This document shows positions 1 through 13,558 of a DNA stretch of 64,000 nucleotides, in pieces. Origin of the DNA: Cycas panzhihuaensis (Eukaryota; Plantae; Cycadophyta). The notes beneath the pieces are model-generated. The model was not told where the DNA came from and ran no database searches. It saw only the letters and a program-made list of their open reading frames with translations. The stretch lies in the NCBI GenBank assembly GCA_023213395.1, contig CM041465.1:250177741-250241740 (forward strand), given 5' to 3'. The translations under genes were made by a program, and so were the position numbers. Each line of letters begins with the position of its first letter. Position 1 is the stretch's first letter.

Positions 1-2330
1 GAAAAGTCTCTTATCTGTTAGTTAATTGGAAAAATAACATATGAGTATATTATTTGAAGGTTAGTGACATAAATGATCAAGTGGTAGCCATTGGTCATGA
101 GGACCATGGTCTTTATAAATTGGATGCATCAAACATTACACTTGATACTACACTAGCTTACTCTGTCACACAATCTATGACAAAAGATCAACTTTGACAT
201 AATAGACTAGGCTATTTAAGGTAAGAAAATATCAAAATGATGTTTAATAAAACATGGTGTATGCGCTTCCAAAAATATCTATATCAAAGTGTCTTTGTGA
301 AGCATGTATTATGGGGACTAAACATAAACAACTTTTTCCTATAGACAACTCATTGCATGCATCACAATCTTTGCAATTAGTTCATACAGATTTATGTGGA
401 CCTATGTCCATGACATCTCTTAGAGGAGCTTTGTACTATATCACCTTCATCAATGATTTTTCATATAAAGTTGGGGTGTACTTTATCAAATATAAATTAG
501 AAGCATTAAAAAAATTCAAGGAATTCAAACTTGAGGTGAAAAATTAGTCAGAATTGTCAATCAATATATTAAGATGTGACAATGGATATGAATTTGCCTC
601 AAGAGAGTTTAATTAATTCTCTAAGGCTTATGGAATCAAAAGACAATTCATTGCTCTGCATACACCTCAACAGAATGGAGTATTTGAGTGAATGGATAAG
701 ACTTTGGCCAAGAAAGCCAAAGCAATGATACATGCAAAAGGGCTATCTCTTTCCTATTGGGCAAAAGCATTCCACATAGCTACCTATATGGCCAATAGGA
801 GTTCAGCTATAGCAATCACCGACATCACACTAGAGGAGGCTTGATTTGGCAAAAAGTCAACATTTAGCTATTTGGGGACTTTTGGGTGCACTACTTATAT
901 GCAGATTTCCCATCAACAAAAGAAATTAGATCAGAATAATCTCAAATATATTTTTCTTGGTTATGCTCTTCACAATAAAACATATAAAGCATATGATCCA
1001 ATTATCAAGAAAATACACGTTTCTAGAGATGTAATCTTTATTGAAGAAAATGAGGAGTTGGAAACTTCATCCATCAATTCTCTTTTTGCAAAAGACAAGC
1101 AAATTATTGAGAACTTCCTTCCCTTACAATCTTCTACACTATATACATCTTTTACGCCTGACGCTTCTTCATCTACTTGTGCTCCATCTACTTCAGATAC
1201 AACTTCGCTTGATCTAAGTACTTCTTTTGTTGATCAACCAGTAAAACCAGAGGATATTGAGGTTGAAGCTACATCTATAAAGAAGCCACCTAAATAGTAC
1301 ACTTAGACAGTATATGATAGTTAGATTATAGAAGGAAAATATCTATCAAAATGAGGCAATAATCAGCCAATTATACACTTATGACTGATATACTTTATGT
1401 TGATGTGACTTCCACTTTTGAAGAGGACTAGTAAAAATGAGAAGTGGAAAGTTGTCATTCATGAGGATAATCGTTCTATTAAAACTAATGGAACTTTAGA
1501 TTTGGTAAAATTGCCTTACCAGAAAAAGGCAAACAAATGTAAAATGAGACAAAGTTCTATTGAGCATCACACAACTTGATGGGTGGTCAAAGGATTCAAA
1601 CAGAAAGAAGGCATTGACTATGGAGCAATCTTTGCACTTATGACACATATGCACACCATTAAATAAAGATTGACCCAATCTACTCAATGTAAGTGGTCAA
1701 TTCATCAGATGGACATGACGAGCGCCTTCCTCAACGATGACCCTACAGTAGAGGAATATTTAAAGCAACCTCCTAGCTAGTACAACATCTTATGTCTGAT
1801 TTAACATTGTAATCGTTAAGGGGGGCTATTAAACTTTTATGTTTAAATGTTAAGTGATGTACTTTATAATGTATTATTGTTATACTTTATGTTAGTGTGA
1901 CTTATCACTTAATGTGATAAAGTACATGCCCACATTCTTTCTAGTTGCACACTGTTGTAACTTGAAGGTTAATGTACTCTCATGCATTTGTACTCATAAG
2001 AAAGATCAAGAGTATACTTATCATTATGCAACTAGCTAGCTTGCATGTTTGACGAATTGAAACCAGTTCTCATGTATCTTGTATGAGAGTGTTGCATTGT
2101 TATGATGCTAGTCTTGTTAATCTAAGTTATTATTATTTATTTGGAGTAGGATCAATTCTTTCTTCTCCATATTTGTGTCATTCTCATGCTTGTGATCAAT
2201 GTGCCTAATGCTTGCTTATGTGTTCATCTTTATTCTTGCATAGTTAGATGCTAATCATCTTTGTATTGTAGTAGACTTTCCTCTCTTTTAGAACCTAAGG
2301 GATGTATGATTAATGCCATCATTTTCAACA
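1..2330 (+). mobile_element. Ty1/copia retrotransposon, 3' part, degenerate and internally deleted (GAG-pre-integrase, integrase, start of RT, PPT, 3' LTR)
   Basis: ORF 254-547 has CEAC..KH and LQLVHTDLCGPM..YYITFINDFS (copia integrase). ORF 872-1297 has TFGC..KKLD..YIFLGY..YKAYDP..VSRDVIF. RT motifs at ~1400-1780 (KGFKQKEGIDY, HQMD..AFLN). PPT aagggggg at 1818-1825 is followed by an LTR-like segment. Most of RT and RNase H are absent. Confidence 0.9.
1827..2330 (+). repeat. Putative 3' LTR of the copia element
   Basis: Starts tatt (decayed TGTT) right after the PPT. Ends ttcaaca at 2330, where gypsy-derived sequence begins. No partner LTR in the window. Confidence 0.6.
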
Positions 2331-2639
2331 TAACCCTGACAATTCTTCAAGAAATATATCCTTAAATTCCTATACAATTGAAAAGTCTTTAGGTATAGAC
2401 CCCTTTTATGGCCTTCCCTTGTCGATATGGAGTGTGTAAGCCCAACAACCCTTTCTCAGATACTTTTTTTGTTTGCATAACAGAAATATATTTTATAACT
2501 ATTGGAAATTGTTTTTCCTTGATTGATTATGGGCTCTCCAATGTCATTTCAACATTCCACTAATTTTTTATAATAATCAATGTTGGCACAATGATACTCC
2601 AACCACTTTAAACCAATAATAATATCATTCATACTAAGC

Positions 2640-3900
2640 TGAAGGCAAAATTTGAAAAGTAATATTTATTGCTCAAGTCCCCTATCTAATGGGTAGGAAG
2701 GTATGTATTATATTACCAGTCTTTTACTTCCTTTTATTATGTGTGAATCCATTTGATTTTATGAAGCTATTTTTGGAGCTTACTTGGGATGCAAATAATT
2801 ATGATTACTTCCAGAATCAATTAATATGCTAAGTTCATGTTTATCTATCTTACCATCTACTTGAATCATTAGGAATTGTGAGTCAGTGTGCTACCCTTTA
2901 ATAGTTGTATGCACATACATATTGCTTACTTCTTGAGCTTTGTTCGCTATTGTAGATTGCATTTCTACATGATGAGCTGCTCCTTCCATTGTAATCTTCT
3001 ATGGACAATTTTTGATATAATGCCCATGCTCATTACACCAATAACATATAATTTCTCCCAAGTCTCTTAAGGCTTTACCCTATGGCAAATTGGATTTTGT
3101 GTTGCCCTGGGAATAATCATGTGTCCTTCATCCTTGGATGATTTTTCGAGGTTTAAAGTTCCTCTTTGACAGCCTTAGTTTTACTTGCTTCTTCCCCTTC
3201 CAACTAATCAACCTATCCTCCACTTGTGACCATTGGGCCTTGCAACACCTATCATTGCGAATGGTCTCCTTTAGAGTTTTGGGTTCAAATATCCTAATCT
3301 TATTTTAGATGCTTTCATTTAGCCCATTGATAAACCTATGAATTTTAATTTTCTCCTCTCAAATATATGGAAAATATTAAAGCAATTCCATAAACTCCCT
3401 TTTATATTCATTGATCAATCTCCTTCATTGTTGTAGTTCATGAAAGGCCTATACTTTTTTATCATAGTACTATTCTAAAATGTATTTATGTTTGAAATAA
3501 TTTACAAATTTACTCCATTTTATATATTTTTCCTAGAAGCCTTTTGTCTTCTCATGGTGCTCCCACCACAAGGACACCTCGCCTGTCAAGTTGTACATGG
3601 CTACTCTTACTTTCTCCCTAGAATTGAAATCATTTTAGCTAAAATATTTCTCCATATTAAGTAGCTATGATTCAACTTCATCCTGCTTCTTGACTTCTAC
3701 AACTTCTTAATTGTTCTTGTGGGCTTTACACTATCTCTACCAATGCCATAGATACATCATTTTGTAGACTTTGCCTATGCCTTAGAAACTCCTCTATTTC
3801 CATATGTTCTATATTTTTATCATCATGGGCTTCTTGGGCTATTCGCATATCATCTCTTATCCTTTCCATTCTTTATTCAAATTGAGTAACCTTTTGTCTT
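2640..3900 (-). pseudogene. Gypsy gag-protease pseudogene
   Basis: Retrotransposon gag WW motif, CX2CX4HX4C and DSG motifs read by hand, with many stops and frameshifts. Confidence 0.8.
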
Positions 3901-4214
3901 TGAGTTTACACTTAAGTTTGGCAAGCTGCTAAGTTTTGTTCGAGGAACCCTTAACAACAACTTTTAGGTCCTACAACTTGTATAACTTTGGCAACAACTT
4001 GTCAACATTGCAATTTTACAAAATTTGGATAAACAAACAAACATTTTTTTAATCTTAAAACTTTTCTTTTTATCTTAGGTTTTCGACTAGTTTACAATTC
4101 TTTATTGGTTATATAACTCTAAACCAACAAGTTGTAAATTGGATTTCAATCAAATTTTAACAAGTTTACAAATCTAAAATTTCTTTGGAAGCTTTCTTTT
4201 CTAACATAAACTTT

Positions 4215-7200
4215 TGTTAGAAGTAATATTTAATGTTGGGATAATGTTAAGTTGTCCCCTAATTCTCTTGTGTAATATTAAATTGTGTCATGAAGGTGTG
4301 CGCATGTACACACATATCTATCTAATGTCCTAGTGGTGGACATAATGGTTCTCTCATGTTATTGGATAACTATATTATGACTATGGACTATAAGTATGTG
4401 TTCATACCTAATGCCATAATTGGATATGATCATTTTCTGCTAGCTTTAGTGACTTATATGCTTTTACATATTTCATTGTTTGATTCATTTATAGTTTATA
4501 TCTTCATTCACCTTATGTTGTTACATATTATGTTATAATACATATCTTTTTCTATCATGGTATTAGAGTAGGACAATGTGATCGATCATGTAGAGTAGAT
4601 TAGAGTGTGTTAAAGTTGGAAGACTGAAGAGACCTTGTGTAGAAGACTTAATCAAGGATTTAGAAGGGATTCAATGTAAAGGTTATGCTGTGAAGATGTT
4701 GAAGAGAGCCACATTCAAGATTGACAATAATCTTATTTATTAGTTTATTGCGGATAATTAATATGCATGTGTGATCCCTATATATAACATGCAGGGTCAT
4801 GAAGTACATCCACAAAAAGAGATCGCCCAAATAGGATTGATCACCCTGTAAGAGCAAAATGAGGAGTTGGTATTCCATCAGTTGAATGAGAAACAAGTGA
4901 TACTTTTTTGTGGCTTTGAAAAGTTTTGCAAGTGATTGTGTTTATAAGAAAATTTGATAGATATGTATGAACATAGGGTTTGAAGAGACAAATTTGATAA
5001 GAGGGTTTGATGGAGATTGTTGGGTGTGTAATCGAAAGTTCTATTATACAAATCTATTGTGTTGAATAGAAATAGTGGGCAACTAAGGGTTTGAATGTAA
5101 CTTGAGAGGTATATTTGTTAAATCACCATACAAAATCAGAGGTTGTAAAGCAAGAAATTTTGAGGGATAGCAGATCACAAAGGAACCTCGAGGTTGGAAA
5201 AAATGAATCATTATCAAACGAGATCCTAGGCATATTAATACGTGTTGCTATGAGGAGGGCATTGGAACAACATTGTTGAGCTAAGTGGCAACAAACTTTG
5301 GATGAATGTCTATGAAGAATCATATGTACGTATCATGGTAGTGCCTATTTACATGAAGACTGGGCATGAGGTGACTTGGGCATTTAAGAGACCAACAACT
5401 TGTCGAGGGCATGAGATATAAGAACAATTGCAATTTGTAGATTGTGAGATGAGACCCATAGCCTAAACTGTCAGAGTTCACTATTTGCTGAGTGAGAGTA
5501 GATGAGTCGTCACAAAAGATAAGAGAAAACATAGTCTTTACAAATTGTAGACCATAGACCACCATGGAAGAGAATTACAGAGCACAATCCTCTATACAAA
5601 GCCTAGAACAACCTACAATCATTCTTACCAAAGCTCGAACTAGGACAATGCAACATAATATAATGTAATATTATCATTCTATTTTATTTTCATAATTGAA
5701 TACTCAAAGAAATAAATGGTTGCTATTGAGTACTATTGGGCTGACTAATTGAGACTGTAGACAACAACATAGAGTTTTAAATTTGGGATCTTGCATGTTG
5801 ACGACAAGTAGGGAACGAGATGCCTCTTGTATGCCCACACTTACATTGAGAAAGAAATATTTTACTCTAAAATCATTCTCGATAGATGCTCAAATGACTA
5901 GAGATTGGCTTATATTTCTTAAAGGATGTGCGCTAATGGGGCAAGTAAGGTGGCATTCCTTTTCACCCAACAAGGGCAAAAGGGCATTAATTAGGATGCT
6001 ATGATTCTTTAGAAGGATTTTATTTTAGATGACTAATCTTTTATGGGGTTTTCGATAGGCATGGTCCTTACGATCACAACACAAATATCAATTGCAAAAA
6101 AACAGAGGATGGTGAATAAATTTTGATATGGTAAAACTTTTTAAGGTTAAATTTGTATTTCATTATATTGAATAAAGTGTTGAAATTTGCCTTAGCCCCT
6201 ATAGCCTCATTGGATGGTCATATAGAGTATTAACATGGCCATATGTTAAGGAGAAATAAAAGGGTACATTTTTAATCTTGTTTTGGATTTCATAAATGTA
6301 TTATTACTCTTTTATGCATAAATTTTCTATTTGAAATCATAATCAGGTACTGTTGATTGCGTTAGACAAAAGATTTCGAGATAAATGCAATAACTGGACA
6401 CTTGACATATTTCAGGGTCCAGATCATGGAGTACCATTGAGTTAAAAAGGAAAAGGTATTTTATGAGAGAGTTATTTAATGAATTTCATGAGTCACATCT
6501 TATAATTTTTTGTCAATTGCTAGTCCTTGGCAGTTATATATAGAGAATTGTTAAGAACATATATGAAGGGACCATTTATGGAGGCTTCAATATGTTGTTT
6601 AATAAATTATAAAGACTGAAAGGATCACTTGTAGAAACTTCAATGAAAGGAAGTTGTTATATTTTAGTACTCAACTAATTTGGCTGACCAGGTAGTTCGA
6701 CCTATTCCTAGAATGGTATTGAAAGATGTTGGCAAAACCATATACTTAAAAAAGTTCCCTATAAAACTAGTGGTTGTAGCATCTAGTCATCTATGTAGTT
6801 TAGTATATGGAGCTTTCTTTATATGAATGTCAGCAAGATTTGATTGGTTTAGCATTTTGAAGATACAACTTGTACAAGTTGGAGATGTTCTCCATTTGAT
6901 CCAATATATTTTGAAGGAGGAGGCAATTGTGGTGTCTACTTTCATGAATTTTAAAATAAAGGGTGAGTGTGTTCTGAGGTGATATTAAACATTGTGGGGG
7001 AGTGTTAAAAATAATATTTAATGTTGGGCTTATGTTAAGGTGTCCCTTAACTTTCTCATGTAATATTAAGTTTTGTCATGAAGGTGTGTGCATATGCATA
7101 TATGTTTGTTTAATATCCTAGTGGTGGATATAATAATGTTTTCATGTGATTAGACAATTGTGAGGTGATTATGTACTATAAGTATGTATTCATATCTAAT

Positions 7201-7345
7201 ACAATAATTGGATATGATCATTTCCTACCAGCTTTATTGTCTTATGTGTTTGTACATAATTCATTCTTTGATTCATTTATAGTTTATATCTTTATTCACC
7301 TCATGTTGCTATATATTATGTTATAATGCATATCTTTTTCTAACA
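4215..7345 (+). mobile_element. Non-autonomous LTR element (3.1 kb) with 343-bp LTRs and no intact coding capacity
   Basis: LTRs 4215-4557 and 7003-7345 align end to end (TGTTA...TATCA/TAACA). PBS tggtattagag at 4558. PPT tgtgggggag at 6993-7002. Flanks acttt/acttc form a 5-bp TSD with one mismatch. Confidence 0.92.
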
Positions 7346-8094
7346 ACTTCAAATCTACTTGTTCTATTAAGTGTTTGGTAGACTTCAAACTTACTACTAG
7401 CTAAAAATATATTCTATATTTTGTTGTGAGCCATAAAAACCTAGGCTCTAATACCATAACTGTCAAGGCCCTATTGGTCAACACAATACTTATAATAAAT
7501 ACCTACTTAACTAGGCAAGTACTAAGTTATCCAAATGAATTTATTGAAAGCTCAAGATATGTTTTATAAATTTAGTAGAAAATTTTACCTATATGATATG
7601 ACAAATTTCAGAGAACAAGGGTACTTATGCCTTTGCAAACATGTTTCTTTTGACCCAAGTAGTACATGTAATCAATACAAGTGAACATAAAATTTGCAAT
7701 TATCAAATCAAATAATATGCCAAATGTTTGAGTAAAAAAAGGGGATGAGCCAACCTGATTGCTTTGGATGGATGTATCACCCAACCTTTCACAATCCTGA
7801 AGAGGAAGTGCCCCTGAACTAGAGCACATGATATGAATACTGGAATGTTGGTAGGTCACTCTACACATAATCCCAACCTACCCCTTCAAACAAAATATGT
7901 TTTCCAAATAAAATTCAAAAAGTAAAAGTTGCTACCATCTCTTGATGTTTGCTAGAATATCATATGTATGCTTACTCTTTTGTACTTCAAACCACGTCAA
8001 GACAATGCTATATCATATATGGGTCATTGCAGTAACAATCTAAATGAACTACCTTACTATGTAAAAACATGTCCCATACCATGTAACCAATCAT

Positions 8095-8720
8095 AAACAA
8101 GAGAGGACTCCTTACTCTCATGCATAACATAACCAAAGCATAGGTGACTCTTCACTCTCATGTACAAAGAATAATTAGAGGGGACTCTCACCTTCGTGCA
8201 CAGAATAACCAAAGCATAGGGGACTCCTCACCCTTATTCATAAAGAATAATCATAGGGGACTCCTTATCCTTATGCACAAAATAACCAAAGCATAGGGGA
8301 CTCTTCACTCTTATACATAAAGAATAATCAGAGAATAGGGGACTCACTCTATCCTATTACAATAAACTTGGACAACAATATAACCTAGAGAATAAAGGAC
8401 TCAATTCAACCCTATCTCAATATGTAATCATAATACCAATAAAGCAGTCCAAGAAGATTGAGACAAAAGGTCATACACATGCATATATCATAAACCAGAT
8501 AAGTTTCTACATGAGATAGTAGTAATCACCAAAATAAGTGTAGAGTGGACTCTCTCAACCCTTGTAGGAAGATAAGGATTTAGTCACTTAAAATCTTCTT
8601 TATATCAATAGACATAGAAATAACCAGAGCATAGGGGACTCTTCAACCCTATCTTAGACACTAGAGGGGATTCCTCAACCCTACCTTAGATAACTGGAGG
8701 GGACCCTTCAACTCTCTTCC
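8095..8720. repeat. Degenerate ~35-40 bp tandem repeat inside the gypsy LTR (core aaccaaagcataggggactc..c..t)
   Basis: About 8-9 copies at 8095-8420 and 3 more at 8620-8715 share the ggggactc core. Confidence 0.85.
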
Positions 8721-9579
8721 AATATTCTTAAGATGATCTATTCTAGAAATGCTCTTCCAAGCTCAAGAAATATATTTAAAGAAATTGAGAATTAATTATT
8801 CAAAAGCTAATATATAACAAAGGCAATACTCAACCCTTACCTTAATTGTGCAATATCCCTTTACAAGAAGAAGAATTCTATCCAAAGTGTTCATTTGCAA
8901 TAGAAAATATGCTCTTAATCTTTTAGCTATTATAGTAAATAACATAAGTGTGAATAATTCACAAAAGTTTTATCAAAAGCTCTGAGCATCATCCTTTAAT
9001 TGTTCCATCAAAATTCAACATAGAAAGCTCTGCATAAGCTCATTAATAATTTACTAGTTACTCTAGTCTATTATAAAAATTTCTTTGTTCATCAAATGCT
9101 CCCCTTGCATCACAAAGCTCTTCGACAAAAATTAGCACACCAAAATGCATAAGCAAGCAAGAAGTGAAGAAGCAAAAAGCGTTTTTCTTTCTCACATTTT
9201 CTAATCTATACCTCCTCTAGGCTTGATTTAGTTTCCTATTATAATTGTCATTAATGCTAAGTGGGGAATTTAGACTTAGTGGTTGAAATTGTGCACATAG
9301 TGGTCCCAAAATTATGCTCACAATTGCCACTATTAGTATAACTAATAATTGCCCACTACCTATATTTCCACAATTATGTAGAGAATTTTTGGACAATCTT
9401 TGCCTATTTAGGCACTTAGTGGGCTTAAATATGAGTTGCATAGAACTAGTTTGATGTGTTTATGACATTAAATGAGGTAGTTACAAGCAAATTTGTGAGG
9501 TTTTACCACCTATCTTGTGGCCAGTTTAATCTCAGAAGCTCTTCCACTAGGTTGTGAACTGTGCTCCTTTGTATTTCCC

Positions 9580-9895
9580 TTTGTTTTCGTTGTGGTGGAA
9601 ATGGACACCACTCATTCACTCATCTATGAGCTTGTGAGCACCATAATTTATATTCGTAGTTTTGAGGTTGGGTGCTTGAAGGACATTATTCCTTTACCTA
9701 CTTGTGGAACTGCGATCAAGGTTTCCCTATATTCCCTACATTTTGCAGCTTTAGAGTTGGGTGTATGAAGGGCCTCACCCATTTATTCATTTATGGGGTC
9801 AGAGATACTCTTCTTTTTCATTCTCTTTGCTCACAATTTTGGGGTTGGGTGATTAGGTGGTTTTGCTTACACATCCATTTGCGAGATGGTGAATA
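9580..9895. repeat. Degenerate ~90 bp tandem repeat in the gypsy LTR
   Basis: ttt(g/a)(a/g)g(g/a)gttgggtg recurs at ~9660, ~9750 and ~9838 with similar flanks. Confidence 0.6.
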
Positions 9896-10149
9896 AACAT
9901 ACACTTAAAAAAAATTAACTTGAAAATCAACTTCAAAACTCTATAACTTTTTAATTTGATCTTTGTTTTTAATGTTCTTCCGATCACTGGAAAGCTAGAT
10001 ACTCATTCTTTCATTTGGTGGAATTTTCTTCTTGCAAATTATACCCCTCAATTGAATTTATAATATGTCAAGAGGTATTTTATGACTCAGTACCTATCTT
10101 TTACCCTTACACTTATTCTACCCCTTTATTCTTCTCTTGTTCATATCAT

Positions 10150-13100
10150 GTGCTCCCCCTGCGTATGCTACTTGTCTAAAGCACTCATGTTGGCTTTAGA
10201 ATTATATAAGCCACAACAAAATAATTATATCATAAGGTGTTATAAGAAAGAGGTCCAACACCTTGAAACATATCATGACTTGAACAAATTAATTATTCTA
10301 ATATCCACAAGGTTGGTGTGTCATCATATATTGTGGAATGTAAAAAGTAACTAGATGTTGCACCCCTAACACTTAGTGGAACATGGAGAAAGCTTCCACC
10401 TTGCATAGGGTGAACATAACTAGAAATAAATATTGGATGGTGCACCTCTAATATCTAATGGAGCAAGGAATAAGATTCCACCTTATATAAGGTGAACAAA
10501 CACTATGAAGTGAAGAAGACTTTACATTGGAACAACAGATAAGAAATGAAGAAAGTCTTTATGTGCATATGTATATAAGTGAGAAGTATCATGATTTAGA
10601 TGTAACCTGTGTAAGAAGTATATAAAAGTCTGATCATCTTAGAGTTAGGTCCTTACTGATTGGTGAAACTATTTGCTAATTATTCTTTGAAAGGATTCTA
10701 CATTAACTCAACCTCTCTATTTTGGATCTACTCTTTAGATAAATTAATGGGACATCTTAATTTGTTTGGTGTGAGATTTTAATATTGGATTCTTGGTAAT
10801 TTTTAAAGTATTATAATTATCACAATACAATGTAGTTGTTTCACCCTGATATAGTCCCAAATCACCAAGGATCTCTTTCAACTAGATGGCTTCATAACTT
10901 ACTACAATTACAACTATGTGCTTTGTATCAATAGATGACAATGCAATATTTAATGGCTTCTTTTTGCTCTAAGTGACAACAACATATAACAATAACTTGA
11001 AGTGGACCTCCTAATGTCAATACATTTGGCCTAATAAAAAATTGAACACCCTTTTATCTTAAGATTGTTATTCTAGCTAAACTCCAATTCATAGTACAAA
11101 ATTTCTTACAAATATCTAAGAATCCTCTTTGCAACTTCCTAATGGCTCTCCTTGGCTCTAACATGAACATTGACACAATTCCAATTACAAAGGAAATGTT
11201 AGGCCTAATTGTAGTCAAATAAATCAAACTACCAACTAACTACTTATACAAAGTGACATCTATCTAGTTTCAATCATTTTGAGGCAATAACTTAGAACCT
11301 ATCTCCATAGGGGTTGGGACAGGTTTACAACCCTTTATTATGAATTTATTCATAATCTTCATATTTAGCCTATGTAATAATATTTCTCCTAGGGTTTTTC
11401 CATACTTCTTCTCCCAAAACGTAATGGAGCAGTCCAAGATGTGTCATTTTAAATATTTTCTTAAGATCAATCTTTAAGTCTTTCAACCTTTGAAGTATCA
11501 TCATTTGTGATTACTAAATCATCCACATACATAATTATAAAAAGAAATAAACACTCACATTTGATTTTGATTTAAAGGTTTAAATTAACTAGTAATCTCT
11601 CAAACCTATTCTACAAAAAATACAAATTGATCTTAGAATATTAGGCTCTTGGAACCTGTTTAAGGCCATACAAAGCTTTCTAGAACATATCCAAGCAACT
11701 ACTCTATAAAGATTTCATAAGATATCCATTAAGTAAGGCACTCTTGATATTAATCTAGTTTAGCTACAATTTCAACTAAGCAACTACTACCAGTATTAGT
11801 TTAAGAGTTACCATTTTTACTACTAAAGCAAATATCTCTTAGTAATCAATACCTTTTGTTTGCTTGAAATATTTACAACCAATCTATCTTTGTATTTATT
11901 AATTGGGCCATCAAACTTGTGTTTAGTCTTCTAGACCCATCTATGACCAATTGCATGCTTGCTTACTAGCAATTAAACCAAGTCCTAAGTTTTATTCTGC
12001 TTTATATAACATGTTATTCAACATCCATTACTGTTTTTCACTTTTATTCATGGTAGGCCTCCTCAAAACTTGAAGGTCCATCAACATTAAGCACATCTGT
12101 CATTAAAGAAAAGTTGATCGTATCAACTTTTATCCTCAACTTACTATTACTTTCAATCTTAGATAATTGAGCTTCTATTGTAGTTTTCAAATACTATATG
12201 GAGTGTTTCTTGGTTGGTGGAGTGATCTTAGGCTATATTTTATAGTGTGATTCATTAAACTAAGCATCTTGGTACTCTTCCTCTTCATCTTTCAATTCAA
12301 CAACAGTCAAAATATTGGCTAGCTCTTACTCAGATTCAGGTTTAATAAATTACTACCTTAAACAATTAGATTACGATTGTTCCTAATTTACTTTCCTTTG
12401 TATTTCCACATCTTTAAAGTATTCAGATTTTCACTCTACTTATCACCTTTTTCAAAGATGATATCTTGAGTTGCATATACCTTTCTAGTTGCCAATTCAA
12501 ACACCTAATATACTTTACTTTCTTTACTATACTTTACAAATATACACTTAGAACTCTTATCATTAAACTTCTGATGTTTCTTATTTAAAATAAGCATGTA
12601 TGTAGTGCTTCCAAGGATTCTTAGATGGTTCATAATTAGCTTTCTACTTGACCAAGTTTCCTTTGATGTCATTTTTCAGACAACTTTCAGGGAACTTAGA
12701 TTGCTTAAGTAAGTTGTTGTACAAACTATTTCTTCCCAAAATAACTCAAAGAGATTTATTTCTTTCATCATTAACTTGGTCTTTTAAACCAAATTTTTGT
12801 TCATCCTCTTAGCAACTCCATTCTATTGATGTGTGTTTGTTGTTATCAATTATTTTTTGATTCCATGGTTCTTATAGCACAAAGGATTTTGGAGGTGTAT
12901 TTTCTCTCATTCTCTGGTTTGAGGATTTTCAACCTTTAACCACTTTTGTTCTCCACATTTTCCTTGAATACTCTGGAAATATCGAAGATATGAGATTTCT
13001 CTTTTATAGGATAGACCCAAACATTCTTTGAAAAGTCTTCAATAAAAGGCAAGAAGCATCTTGCACTTCCAATAAATGTGGTTGGCATTAGAACAGAGAT

Positions 13101-13558
13101 GTCTGAATGGGCAAGACTAAGCTTTTTAGTTGCTCTCCAAGTTTTGCCTTTTTTGGAACTTCTATGTTGTTAACCATGATGCAAGGTTCACATACATTAT
13201 TTATTGGTTTATGTTTTGGAGGACCATGAACCATATTTAGTTTATGCATCAAATGAAGACATAAGTGGTGCAAATATTCCATTCTTTCATGCCATAATTG
13301 ATTTTTACAAGTTATATAAACAATGAGAGCTCTTTATTTTATAGATTTGCCCAATAGTCTATAAAGACCACCATCTTTGACACCTTTAGTTATAACTTTT
13401 CCATCGCAGTCACTAACAATAGCCTTCCCATCCTTGAAGAGATACTCATCTCATTGTCTTCAATCTAGTTGACAAGAATAAAAAATTTCCTCAATCTTGG
13501 CACATACATCACATTTTCCGTATAGTAACCCTCTCCATCAAGTGCAATAATTGGAACC
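10150..13558 (-). mobile_element. Ty1/copia element, 3' portion (integrase, RT, RNase H, 3' UTR); continues at 30988 after the nested insertion
   Basis: RNase H-like TKNPILKSHTKQI..REVEL..LANSFT (~10640-10800). RT motifs (YVDDL ~11515-11535; KALYGLKQVPRA ~11645-11680). Integrase and GAG-pre-integrase with CEPC (ORF 13088-13282). Candidate PPT (+ strand ctccccct) at 10153-10160. Confidence 0.88.
10352..10500. repeat. Two-copy ~83 bp tandem duplication in the copia 3' region
   Basis: gatgttgcacccctaacacttagtgga...ccaccttgcatagggtgaaca and gatggtgcacctctaatatctaatgga...ccaccttatataaggtgaaca. Confidence 0.8.

Larger units (their letters stand above)
2331..10090 (-). mobile_element. Ty3/gypsy (Tekay/Del-like) element, 5' half: long 5' LTR, PBS, gag, zinc knuckle, protease; interrupted by the 4215-7345 element
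   Basis: Minus-strand translation gives gag (NMEKYF..KVRVAMYNLTGEVSLWWEH, ~3555-3680), a CCHC knuckle ICYWCNEHGHYIKNCP (~3000-3055) and protease LSILIDSGSNHNYL (~2790-2835). PBS-Met reverse complement gctctaatacca at 7445-7456. LTR edge tgtcaaggccct at 7461. The right LTR boundary is uncertain. Confidence 0.8.

Noticed and set aside
4112-4130. actctaaaccaac as a possible PBS complement
   Set aside because: Poor match; a better PBS with an LTR edge lies at 7445-7461 once the nested element is removed.
8095-8720. Short repeats at regular spacing resembling a CRISPR array
   Set aside because: Units are degenerate and contiguous without unique spacers, there are no cas genes, and the context is a plant LTR.
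10706-10722. actcaacctctct as a PPT complement
   Set aside because: It encodes REVEL within RNase H, which continues to ~10640.
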